Below, piece after piece: positions 36,321-46,125 of a stretch of 64,000 nucleotides of DNA (position 1 is its first letter; every line of letters starts with the position of its first letter). The DNA lies in IMG/VR virus record IMGVR_UViG_3300024054_000269, positions 32,001 through 96,000 of that record; one strand, given 5' to 3'. Position numbers and translations under genes: made by a program. The notes beneath the pieces are model-generated. The model did not search any database. It had not been told where the DNA came from and worked only from the letters and a program-made list of their open reading frames with translations. The stretch is from a virus.

Positions 36321-39300
36321 GCATAGATCTATCAAGAGTTCTTTTAGAAGGGATAAGAGTAAGCACTGGCAACAATGCTTTTACATTTCCTTCTAATGTA
36401 GTCATCTTATCTGATTCAACGTTCCAATCATCATATTTAGATAGAGTTGAATATTGTGTCATAGCTGACAGTTTGAATTTATCATCTTTATCACTTGAAA
36501 TTGCAGATCCAAATTTGATATTTAAATGGACTAAAAACGAGTCAACCGCCATAAGATTTGACTACGATAGTTTTTCTGGTAGGTGGATGCCTATGCCTGG
36601 TTCTTCACCAGAAGAATTAGGTATGATTAGTAACACAACGAGATTGATTGTTCAAATCCCAGATCTAAATTTGACAAATTCGCCATTTAGTATTTACATA
36701 GGCAATCCAGTAAGAATAATAACCTTTTCAGTCCAACTTGTTAACACTCCAACAAATTTTACAAGTTTAACAACTGGAAATGTGCAAATCGCACAAGACA
36801 CGGGTGAGTTAAATTTCGCACAAGTAGATGTGGATCAATTTGCCGGACAAATTGTTCTTAATACGAGACAAGGTTTTTTTGATAGGTCAAGAACGACTGG
36901 TAAGATTGGATCTTTACCTGAATCATCATCTGTATCATACAATTTATTTTTAAACCCAAGACCAGCATCTGGACAGCGACCAAGAGTTCGTATAAATTAT
37001 AGAGATCACCTAACTCCTATCGAAGTTCCAAATGAATCATCATTCAGTCCTCCTGCATCTGGAACTTTTCAGTGGTCAGCTGACACCGGAAAACTTGCAT
37101 TCTCTGCTAGTGATATTAATAGTTTTAAATCTGAGTTTGTTTATTACGATGGAGTTTTTAACGGTTCTTTTCAATTAGTTAGAACTTCGCTTGGCCTCCC
37201 AACTGTTGGTTATCCAAGTATAACATTTAATGTTCCGTTATTTGTTGGTCTAGAAACTACTGACAGATATCTGATATTTGCGGAAAAAACTGGTGAGCCA
37301 AGAGTTTATTTTAAAATTAGACTGCGTGATTCAACAACACAATCACTTAGCGCGCCACCATCCGGAACAGTTTTGGTAGACACGTCAAATGGTAATGTGT
37401 ATTTAAAATCGTCTAATGTTTCTAATTTTTCTTCTTATACATTCTATTATTTAGATACGATTGGAGTTGTTGAAAATGGTGTTGGCGTACAATTTTTCAG
37501 AAGCGGCGCAAATTCTGGTTCAACATCAAGTGTTGGCGATTTTACTATAAAATATCACGTTGACAATCAATTCATAGGAAACATTTCATCTGATCTCATA
37601 TTTTTACCAACTATTCCGATCAACAATTCAAACCTTAGTTTTACAGTTAAAAAGGGAACTCTAGGTGGGACCTTTATTGGGGATTTAAAAAATAACGTAG
37701 ATTCAACACAACAAGGATCTGGTTATTTACCAGATTTTGATAACAAGAAAATAAACATCAGCTTTAGAAGGACTTCTAATATTGAACTTGATAAAGAATC
37801 ATCTATCATAAAAATTGAACCAACTGTAAGCCAATTCGGGCTTGAAATAGAAATTGACGGTTCAGCTTCTGAACCGGGCGTTGATTTTGATTTTAACCCT
37901 GATGCTGGATTTTTAGAATTCACAAAATCAATCGGTGAAAACAATCCAGAAAATGTGTTAAATGTATCTGGGGCAACTTCTTCACCTAACATATTTATAG
38001 CCAACGATGCAGTTTTTCCGATCAATGAGACGATAGGAAGTTTTTTGTATATAAATTCTGGTTCCAACGCTGGTATTTATAAAATAGTTGCTTTTATTTC
38101 ATCTTATCAAGTTTTAGTTTCGCCAAATTTTCAAGTTTTTGGGTCAGATACGGCCGATTTTAGAAAAAATGCTGATGTAATAGCTGATAGATTTTTTACT
38201 GATTTGCTTACGCCATTGAAAAAATTCAAACTCGAAAGAGCAAATAGCATTAATGATATTTTTACGCAAATCGACAATTCGTTGTTTACTTTGTTGGCTA
38301 CGAATGGGCAGGTTAACCTAAAAAACAGGGCTAAACCTGGTGAAGTTTTCAAAGTTATGTATGTTTATTTACAGTCTGATGACGAAGGCGTTACGACAAC
38401 GCCACAAAACATAACGGAATTTGCTTCTTTTCCGATTCGACAGGAAATTGCGACAACAACTATTGGGTCGAATACTGTAACTTTCAACCAAAATAATAGA
38501 CAAATATCAGATACGCAAATCAACGTCTATGTCAATGGTGTAACATTAGACACAACTCAATTCGAACTTAAGAATAACAATGAAATTGAATTATCAGAAC
38601 CTATAACAAGTTCTGACACGACTGTTACCGTTACTTATTTTGTAGACGAAGCCGTTGGCGGTGAAACTTCGTTTACAGTCAAAAATTCGCCAATAGACAT
38701 AGACACACCAAGTTTGACAGCCGGATCTAATCAAATATTGTTAAATGGTAATCAAACAAACATTATCCAACCTGGTTCGCCGGTTTTATTTGATAACGAA
38801 ATATTATTAATAACATTAGATACAACATACGATTCAACTAGTGACATAACAACAATTACATTTACTACAAATGCTCCGTCTGACATCACCAATCCGATTA
38901 TTCAAATTGCAGAATCAATTTTTGGATATACTGAACAAGACGCATCGACATTTGATGTTATACCGTCCGGTTCTGGATCAATAACTGTCTCTGGTAACAA
39001 CTTATTTAGACCGAATACTGTTATTACAATCAATGAAGATCCGTATTTTGTTATAGGATCAAATTATGACTCAGAAGATAATAAAACAACAATATCATTA
39101 TCTTCTCAAGCAATTAAAAATTACATTTTTCCAACTATAATCAAAACAATTAGACCGATATTTTTATCTGGCAAAGAATTCCAAACGTCAAATGATGCAA
39201 AACTTGACCCTGAACCAATCGTTATTAGAATGGGACAAGGACAAAAAATATTAGTACCAAATGTTGATTATACAATATCAGATGGCGGGCTTATTTCTTT

Positions 39301-41566
39301 GGTTGAAGAAATAGGTTATGGTCAGTCACTTTATGCAATGTATGTAGCCAGGTCACCAAAACCTGTTGGTACAAGTTTAACCATAAATTACGCAAATTTG
39401 GCTGCACCTGGTAATATGACTGGCCAAAGGTTACTTGCAACTTATGATTTGTTAGCCCCAGACTCATTTTTTTACAGAGTAGAGACAGTAGAGACATTTA
39501 TACCAGAAGCTCAACAAGTATTGGAAGCTAGTGCTAGGTCAGGCGGAGTTTCTGGCCCTAATATTGGTGATTCAGTTTCTTTAGCTACAAAAGATCAAGG
39601 TTCACCAGGTCTTTATTATAATGAACAACATTTAGGAAATTTAGATTATGTGTTTATTCAACTTTTGAAGCTGTACAACGATTTGATAAATGCATACGAG
39701 GATATACTAAGTAACACAGATGGAAGAGTAGTTGGTGGACTGCATGGTAAATTTAGATTCGACGGTATAACGGATAACTCAGCAAGAACTGAATATGATG
39801 AAATTACTAATGATATAGACGACAAAATCGAAATTTATAGAAAATTCAAATTAACATCACTTACGCCGTTGACGTTTACTGAGACACCAATTTATAGATA
39901 CATGTGGCAAGATAACAGGTTTTCTAGAGTCTTCCCAAGATCTAAGGTTGTTACAGCTGGAATTGGTAACAATGTGAATGCATCTAATTTTGGTGAAACT
40001 ATCGGATCTTTAGAAATTGAAGATATTACTTCAACCGGAAAAATGTCAAGTTCAAATGCACGTTTATTTTTTAATAGAGTTGAAGCTGGAAACACCTTGG
40101 TTGTTTCGACACCAAACGGTGAATCAATAAACGGAGACGTTGAAAACGGAATACCAGCGTTTGTCTCTGGTAAAGAAATAGAAATAAGAAGATTTGATGG
40201 CACATTAGAATTGACGGCTGACATTACAAGCATAACTACTGTAAATAATGAAGTAAAAATCCAATTAAATAATTCAGTTAGTTTGCAGAGAGGCACGATA
40301 TTTAGAAGCACATCCGACTCAAATGATTCTAGTAATCATTTTTATACGGTTGGACGGGATTTAGATGTTGATTCTGATAATGGTCAAATAATAAACTCTA
40401 GATTTTCCGGCCCGTTGGCTTCTTTGCAAACTCAAGTTGTTGGGTCTGAGCTAATAGATGTTCGTGTCAATTTTAGAAGATCAGACACTGAACCGTTTAG
40501 GCCGCCGGTTCTTGACGGTTCCATATTTGGAGATGATGGAAGATACCCGGAGCCATTAGTCAAACGAGACAACGAATTAAGAGTTCTTAGCAGTGAAGCT
40601 GATTTCATAGATGGTAACATAACAAAAGGTTCTGTATCAGCTAGCGGTTTTGAAGTAACATTCATACCAGCTGTTCAATTTGCGGTTGGCTATAAAATTA
40701 AATGGTTATCTGGGCCAAATGTTGGTACAGAAAGAACCATAACAGCTGTCGTTGGCGCTACTGTGTGTAAGACTAATTCACCATCAGCATCATTAACAAC
40801 CAATGATGCTCTTGTGTTTGGTCCGACATCTGAAACGATTGATGGCATATTTGATATAGAAACTAAATTGTTGATATCTAATGTTGAAAGTCCGCCTGCT
40901 TTTGATTCACTAATAGGTGTAGTCAATTCTCAAATTTTGTCATCAGAATTAGCAATTAGTAATTTTGGTAAACAAATCATATCTAGTACCGGAACTGTGA
41001 CATCAGCAAACATTATTACAGACACTAGTGTTAATTTTGTCTCAGCAGAAGTAACAAATGGACATCTTTTGTTTGTTATATCAGGCTCAAATAGAGGTTT
41101 ATATCAGGTTTCTTCTGTTACCACGAATTCCATAACAATTAACACAACAGATCCATACTCAAGTTTTCCATCAACTGGATCAACTAGTTATTTGATATAT
41201 CTTCCACATCCATTTTTAACATCGGATCAATTTGGGTTCATTTCAAAATTTGAAAGGAATGCTTTGGATTTCTTGTCGTCTACTCAAGCATGGTCATCTT
41301 CGATGGCATTTGCTGGCAAACTTACTAGAAGATCATCAGTTTACGATAGGATAAGTTATTTGAATGATTTCATTGAACAGATAACCGATGTACTGCAAGA
41401 CGGTGGACAATTATACGAAACGAGATACACATGGATAAAACAGAGGACGGACAAAGAAATCGGGACACTGATGCAGAAGAATCAAGCAATAGTGGACAGA
41501 TTAAAGAATGTGAGGAGGTTAGCAGAAGACCAGAAGAAACTGCTCATCTCACAAAACTTGGCGTAG
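36317..41566 (+). CDS. Large multi-domain baseplate/virion structural protein (1749 aa)
   Basis: ATGA coupling; repeated beta-sandwich modules (VDY...G.I.L...Y) and G..L.I.SGSN.G.Y.I barrel motifs; S/T/N-rich. Confidence 0.65.
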   Translation: MSIDLSRVLLEGIRVSTGNNAFTFPSNVVILSDSTFQSSYLDRVEYCVIADSLNLSSLSLEIADPNLIFKWTKNESTAIRFDYDSFSGRWMPMPGSSPEELGMISNTTRLIVQIPDLNLTNSPFSIYIGNPVRIITFSVQLVNTPTNFTSLTTGNVQIAQDTGELNFAQVDVDQFAGQIVLNTRQGFFDRSRTTGKIGSLPESSSVSYNLFLNPRPASGQRPRVRINYRDHLTPIEVPNESSFSPPASGTFQWSADTGKLAFSASDINSFKSEFVYYDGVFNGSFQLVRTSLGLPTVGYPSITFNVPLFVGLETTDRYLIFAEKTGEPRVYFKIRLRDSTTQSLSAPPSGTVLVDTSNGNVYLKSSNVSNFSSYTFYYLDTIGVVENGVGVQFFRSGANSGSTSSVGDFTIKYHVDNQFIGNISSDLIFLPTIPINNSNLSFTVKKGTLGGTFIGDLKNNVDSTQQGSGYLPDFDNKKINISFRRTSNIELDKESSIIKIEPTVSQFGLEIEIDGSASEPGVDFDFNPDAGFLEFTKSIGENNPENVLNVSGATSSPNIFIANDAVFPINETIGSFLYINSGSNAGIYKIVAFISSYQVLVSPNFQVFGSDTADFRKNADVIADRFFTDLLTPLKKFKLERANSINDIFTQIDNSLFTLLATNGQVNLKNRAKPGEVFKVMYVYLQSDDEGVTTTPQNITEFASFPIRQEIATTTIGSNTVTFNQNNRQISDTQINVYVNGVTLDTTQFELKNNNEIELSEPITSSDTTVTVTYFVDEAVGGETSFTVKNSPIDIDTPSLTAGSNQILLNGNQTNIIQPGSPVLFDNEILLITLDTTYDSTSDITTITFTTNAPSDITNPIIQIAESIFGYTEQDASTFDVIPSGSGSITVSGNNLFRPNTVITINEDPYFVIGSNYDSEDNKTTISLSSQAIKNYIFPTIIKTIRPIFLSGKEFQTSNDAKLDPEPIVIRMGQGQKILVPNVDYTISDGGLISLVEEIGYGQSLYAMYVARSPKPVGTSLTINYANLAAPGNMTGQRLLATYDLLAPDSFFYRVETVETFIPEAQQVLEASARSGGVSGPNIGDSVSLATKDQGSPGLYYNEQHLGNLDYVFIQLLKLYNDLINAYEDILSNTDGRVVGGLHGKFRFDGITDNSARTEYDEITNDIDDKIEIYRKFKLTSLTPLTFTETPIYRYMWQDNRFSRVFPRSKVVTAGIGNNVNASNFGETIGSLEIEDITSTGKMSSSNARLFFNRVEAGNTLVVSTPNGESINGDVENGIPAFVSGKEIEIRRFDGTLELTADITSITTVNNEVKIQLNNSVSLQRGTIFRSTSDSNDSSNHFYTVGRDLDVDSDNGQIINSRFSGPLASLQTQVVGSELIDVRVNFRRSDTEPFRPPVLDGSIFGDDGRYPEPLVKRDNELRVLSSEADFIDGNITKGSVSASGFEVTFIPAVQFAVGYKIKWLSGPNVGTERTITAVVGATVCKTNSPSASLTTNDALVFGPTSETIDGIFDIETKLLISNVESPPAFDSLIGVVNSQILSSELAISNFGKQIISSTGTVTSANIITDTSVNFVSAEVTNGHLLFVISGSNRGLYQVSSVTTNSITINTTDPYSSFPSTGSTSYLIYLPHPFLTSDQFGFISKFERNALDFLSSTQAWSSSMAFAGKLTRRSSVYDRISYLNDFIEQITDVLQDGGQLYETRYTWIKQRTDKEIGTLMQKNQAIVDRLKNVRRLAEDQKKLLISQNLA

Positions 41567-41622
41567 CCAGAGAAAATAAGACGCATTGGACGCATGGGCA
41601 TGATCTGTCACCTGGTCCGATT

Positions 41623-41727
41623 ATGAATAACCTTTTAAAATTAAAAGAAATACTAGAATTACAAATCAAAGAACAGAAAAAAGAATTAGAAAGACATCAA
41701 ACAGTTCTAAACCAATTTAAGAAATAA
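41623..41727 (+). CDS. Small coiled-coil protein (start uncertain)
   Basis: MNNLLKLKEILELQIKEQKKELERHQTVLNQFKK; the track start at 41431 overlaps the upstream gene by 136 nt and is unlikely. Confidence 0.45.
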   Translation: MNNLLKLKEILELQIKEQKKELERHQTVLNQFKK

Positions 41728-41732
41728 ATAAA

Positions 41733-44171
41733 ATGGCTGCACGTTGGGATAGCATCACAATCGATTTTGATCTTCTTGGCGATTTAAAACCGCCAATTGA
41801 AGCTGTCTTAAAAGTATTGCAAGCAATAGAAGCAATACTAGAATCGTTGCTTGATTTGTTGAAAATTTTTGCCCTTGATTTGTTAAATCCTTTGCGAGCA
41901 ATAATGGCTCTGTTACTTGCTGCTATACGGGCTATTATAAATCAACTTCGTGCTACCGGATTTAGTTTTCTTTTAGTTCATCCTGACTTTAATCAGACAG
42001 AATTAGACGGAATTTTAAATTCTGTATCGGGTGCTTACCCGGCGTTTGAATCAAAGGTTATTGGAAAGTTCTTCGATACTGGTGATTTATTTAGGCCGAC
42101 TTACCCACCTGGTTCTTCAGCTGCTATGATCGTGTTCTACATAGGGGCTGACTCACCGGGTGATTTACTTAGTGTAATTAGAGCATTGTTGAGATTATTT
42201 AGTTCACCAGTTCCGATCTCAATGCCACCAGCTCCGGTCGGGTTAAAAATCGGCCCAATAACAAAAGGTGGTAACTCTATAGCTCAATTCAGAAGATTAT
42301 TTGATTCTGATTTAGACAAAGCTTTATCAATTGAATGGAAACTTCCAGTTCCAAAAGCTGGTGGCGGTGCCGCTGGTGTTATTAATCAATTTTCATCGTT
42401 CATTCAATCTTTTGCGGTTCCGAATTTTATTATTGAGAGAAGTACAACTCCAGGTGGGAAAACAATAATTAAAAATATTGATACGATGACACAGGGGGTA
42501 GCCCTTAAGCCTAGATTAACAAGCTTAACTGGATTAACTGTAAACAACAAAGTCTCTGTTAGAGAAAAAATTCCAGGAGCAAAACCTGGTTCTGGCCCAG
42601 TATACAAACATTTCGAAAAAAGAATTGATGTCCCGTCTGAAGATTTGGTGCGCGGTGCTTTGACGGGGACATACAAATATATAGATAATGACGATGATTT
42701 AATTTCCGGTGCCACGTGGTATTACAGAATACGTGCATATTTTGGTGATGCAACTGCGTACCTTTCTGATTTTGTCACTGATTTTGCGTCTAACGGCACA
42801 AATAACATAATAAAACAAAATAGTGATTTCTATGAAATCACATTCGGTGATATTGATATTAGTCCACCAAGTGCTGTTGTTCAGGCCGTTGTTCCAGACG
42901 TATCAGCCGCCATGTCTGGGTTCAATGCATATGAAGATGTATACGACGCCGTAAAGGCTGCCATTCTCTTGAATTTTGAAATGCCACAACCTACTAGAAC
43001 GTCACCTGACTATGCAAGACAACCGAATGGCAGAGAAACGTATACAAGATATGATCAAAGATCAGGTTGGGGCACATTAGCTGCAATTGGTGGTCAGGTT
43101 GGTGCTCTAAAGGCTGCCTACTCAAAAGCAAGTCAACTTCGTAGAAACATAATTTTCAAACAAATTGCAAGAAGAATTACAAATATGGCTTTGGTTGACA
43201 TATATTCAAAACCTCAAATCAGAAATTTGTTGGCTGAAAAATGGAACGGCCCAATTGCTGGTGAAGTTGAAGAATTTTCAGCTGAAAAACTTAATTCACA
43301 ACCAGATTCTGTATACTCAATAGTTCATAAAGTTTTGTCAACAAGTATTGATTGGACGTTCATAGGAATAGTCGGTGGTAGTATAACTGAGGAAGTTGAA
43401 GAACAAATAGATGAATATTTATCTAGAGAAGATTCATATAACACGATAAAGGGAAAATCGAAAGCTGGGCCGCTCGACACATCAGTTGGTCCTTCAGCCG
43501 ATCCAAATGATCAAATAAAGTTAGCTCAATCTGATGTTGACGCTGAAACTCCGGCTGAAGTTCAGACATTAGAAACTGGGTCTGATCCAACACCTAAATC
43601 TAAATACAGTGGACCTTTGCCACTAGACGAAATAACAATTGAAGAGAGATTGGCTCTTGCTGAATTTCTTAGAATTGCTTTGATACCACTTAATGGAACA
43701 TCCGGTTATTTGGCTTGGTATGGGGTTACTCTTGGTGATATTTTCCCAAATTTAATGCCGTTTTTGTTTGATTTTGAGCAATTCATAAAGTCTTTGCTAA
43801 GAGCATTGGAAAGTGCTATCAAAGAACTTCAAGCAATAATAGAGGCAATACTCCAAAAAATTAGAATGTTGGAACAAATATTGAGATCATTGTTACAGTT
43901 AATAGATATTCTGTCAATTAGTGTAAGAGTTTCAGTTCTTACATTTTCTGACACAAATTCTTCAGCAACTGATTTGGCTAATCAAATACTTACATCAGCT
44001 GATAAGCCCTCAAATTCTCCATTTGGGCTTCATTCTGGCCTTGTTCTTACAGCCGGCGGGCCTGGGAAAGGATTCATAAAGGCTCTTGAAGCTATTAAAT
44101 TCGTTTTATCGTTACCTGTTCAGGGTGCTGATTCAACTAGTGAAGAGCTAGAATCAGCTCTTAGTACGTGA
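41733..44171 (+). CDS. Putative virion structural protein with FnIII-like segment (812 aa)
   Basis: In tail operon; hydrophobic helical N- and C-termini; YIDNDDDLISGATWYYRIRAY FnIII-like strand. Confidence 0.55.
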   Translation: MAARWDSITIDFDLLGDLKPPIEAVLKVLQAIEAILESLLDLLKIFALDLLNPLRAIMALLLAAIRAIINQLRATGFSFLLVHPDFNQTELDGILNSVSGAYPAFESKVIGKFFDTGDLFRPTYPPGSSAAMIVFYIGADSPGDLLSVIRALLRLFSSPVPISMPPAPVGLKIGPITKGGNSIAQFRRLFDSDLDKALSIEWKLPVPKAGGGAAGVINQFSSFIQSFAVPNFIIERSTTPGGKTIIKNIDTMTQGVALKPRLTSLTGLTVNNKVSVREKIPGAKPGSGPVYKHFEKRIDVPSEDLVRGALTGTYKYIDNDDDLISGATWYYRIRAYFGDATAYLSDFVTDFASNGTNNIIKQNSDFYEITFGDIDISPPSAVVQAVVPDVSAAMSGFNAYEDVYDAVKAAILLNFEMPQPTRTSPDYARQPNGRETYTRYDQRSGWGTLAAIGGQVGALKAAYSKASQLRRNIIFKQIARRITNMALVDIYSKPQIRNLLAEKWNGPIAGEVEEFSAEKLNSQPDSVYSIVHKVLSTSIDWTFIGIVGGSITEEVEEQIDEYLSREDSYNTIKGKSKAGPLDTSVGPSADPNDQIKLAQSDVDAETPAEVQTLETGSDPTPKSKYSGPLPLDEITIEERLALAEFLRIALIPLNGTSGYLAWYGVTLGDIFPNLMPFLFDFEQFIKSLLRALESAIKELQAIIEAILQKIRMLEQILRSLLQLIDILSISVRVSVLTFSDTNSSATDLANQILTSADKPSNSPFGLHSGLVLTAGGPGKGFIKALEAIKFVLSLPVQGADSTSEELESALST

Positions 44172-44197
44172 TGTTTTATGGCCAGTTAAGGTAAAGA

Positions 44198-44923
44198 ATG
44201 TTTAATTTTACTGGAACATTTACTGTATCTCAATTTGAGGCTCTTAAAGTATTTGCTGAGACGCAAAAGGTTGATTTATTAGCTAGAAGGCAGTGGCTTG
44301 TAACACAGTTAAACAAACTTGGAACTTATGGCACTACGTATGACAAAACAACAGGTGAACCAATTAAATTTGTTGCTACACCGAGATCGTATGCAGAAAA
44401 ATTGTTAGAGGCTTATAGAATCCTTGGCGGTATACCCGAAAAAGACATGATGTTGAGAGATAGGAGTGATCCAGTATTCCTTCAAGAAGGTTCACCGATA
44501 AAAGAGACTGAAACTGATACTATTGGTGGTTTTTCTGATACATATAGTAACAACCGTCGTTATCGCGGTGGAATGCGATTTGACAGAGATATTGGTATGA
44601 TTGTTACAAAATTTAAGAAATGGCAATTTGACATCATAAAAAGGAAGAGGGAACATCTTGAATATAAAATGAAACGAGTTCTTGATGCATCTGATCAGAT
44701 TGCAAATGAAATTGCCGAAATTGATGTCTTACTCGGTGATGGAAGAAATTCATTTGATGCTTTAATTCAAAGAATTGAAGCCGCGATATCAGATCCGAGC
44801 AATATAAACGTGACTGATGGTGATGCTTTTGGTTTAGCCATTGGGAAACCTGCTGATTTGGCATACGAAAATCAGACATTTGAACAGCTTAGTGAACATC
44901 AGAGAGGCGGATCAAAGGCATAA
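44198..44923 (+). CDS. Hypothetical baseplate-region protein (241 aa)
   Basis: Operonic, with AAGGT SD; no family recognised. Confidence 0.6.
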   Translation: MFNFTGTFTVSQFEALKVFAETQKVDLLARRQWLVTQLNKLGTYGTTYDKTTGEPIKFVATPRSYAEKLLEAYRILGGIPEKDMMLRDRSDPVFLQEGSPIKETETDTIGGFSDTYSNNRRYRGGMRFDRDIGMIVTKFKKWQFDIIKRKREHLEYKMKRVLDASDQIANEIAEIDVLLGDGRNSFDALIQRIEAAISDPSNINVTDGDAFGLAIGKPADLAYENQTFEQLSEHQRGGSKA

Positions 44924-44931
44924 GGTAAAAC

Positions 44932-46107
44932 ATGTCGTATGACTTTAGTACAAGAACGATCTGTACCCATGAGGTATTTTTCGAAACGTTGACTTTAGAA
45001 AGTTCGAATCAGACTTCTAAATTTCTTAAACCACCATCAAGCTCAAGAGTTTCGGTATTCATTGATAATGTTGAAGTACCACGCAGTGGATTAGTGTCAA
45101 CACCAGAAATTTCATTCACTAAACCGGAACCATATACGATTAGAAAAAATCAAAATGATTTAATTTATATAAAAATTGGTAATGAGTTGCCAAAATTCAT
45201 TACTGTAGAATCAGGATCTAACATACGAGCCGTTGACATAGTAAGAGACTTAAAAAACAAATTGCCTGAATTAGATGTTGATGTTTTAAATGCTAGAGTT
45301 AGAATAAAAAATAAAGTTCCGTTTATTGGAACGGCTTTTTCTTTTCCAGACCCAAGGTGGACTGATAAAACCGCTGTATTAACTACGACTGCAAGAACAC
45401 TTGCTTTTTATAATGAAGTTGGTTTAATACCAGGTAGGTCGGTTGTCGGGAAAACCATACTTCCAGGGTGGGATGTTGTAAAAGATCCAAACGTGCTTTT
45501 TAGTGATGAAAAACTTATAGTTTTTAAAGAACCAATCAGAAATCAAGATTCTTATATACAAGTTCATTATGTCACGTCGGCTGCTAATTGTCGTAGGTGT
45601 GGTGGCATAAGAATAGAATTTGATTATAGTATTTTAAACACAACGTATGAAACTGTTACAGATACTGATCTTTTATCACAAGAACTTGACAAATTTTTAT
45701 TTACTAGAATTGGTAGCCATTTTAAATGGAATTGGCTTGGCTCTGGTTTGGTTAACAGAGTTGGTTCAAAAAGCAATGCTGGCGGGGTTGCAACAAACGC
45801 TGTATTAACTTCAGATATTGCACAAGCTTTTAACACATACAGAGACATCAAATCTCAACAAGATAGTAGATTTCCATTCCAACAAGTTTCTGACGCTGAA
45901 TTTCCATATTCACTTAATAACATAAATGTTGACATACCAGATGAAGACCCAACGATTGCAATAATTTCAGTTGAAATATCAAGTAGGAGTTTAGTACCAG
46001 TTCCATTGAAACGAATTATTGGTAACCCAAACCCATTCACATTAGCTCAAGACCCACAAGCTTATTTAAGACTAACCCAGAATACTGATTTTATGGTACG
46101 TGCTTAA
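44932..46107 (+). CDS. Baseplate wedge protein with C-terminal gp25/GPW-like domain
   Basis: CRRCGG knuckle followed by DLLSQELDKFLFTRIGSHFKWNWLGSGL...IISVEISSRS; upstream of baseplate J. Confidence 0.6.
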   Translation: MSYDFSTRTICTHEVFFETLTLESSNQTSKFLKPPSSSRVSVFIDNVEVPRSGLVSTPEISFTKPEPYTIRKNQNDLIYIKIGNELPKFITVESGSNIRAVDIVRDLKNKLPELDVDVLNARVRIKNKVPFIGTAFSFPDPRWTDKTAVLTTTARTLAFYNEVGLIPGRSVVGKTILPGWDVVKDPNVLFSDEKLIVFKEPIRNQDSYIQVHYVTSAANCRRCGGIRIEFDYSILNTTYETVTDTDLLSQELDKFLFTRIGSHFKWNWLGSGLVNRVGSKSNAGGVATNAVLTSDIAQAFNTYRDIKSQQDSRFPFQQVSDAEFPYSLNNINVDIPDEDPTIAIISVEISSRSLVPVPLKRIIGNPNPFTLAQDPQAYLRLTQNTDFMVRA

Positions 46108-46125
46108 TAAAGTAGCGTGGGGTAG

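Noticed and set aside
41580-41598. GACGCATTG-GACGCATGG direct repeat resembling the 9327 dyad
   Set aside because: Short, not palindromic, and the same 9-mer also occurs inside coding sequence (~7158); probably chance.
41431-41622. Track start at 41431, or a GTA start at 41563, for the small coiled-coil ORF
   Set aside because: 41431 overlaps the upstream gene by 136 nt; GTA lacks a supporting SD and cannot be tested without homologs.
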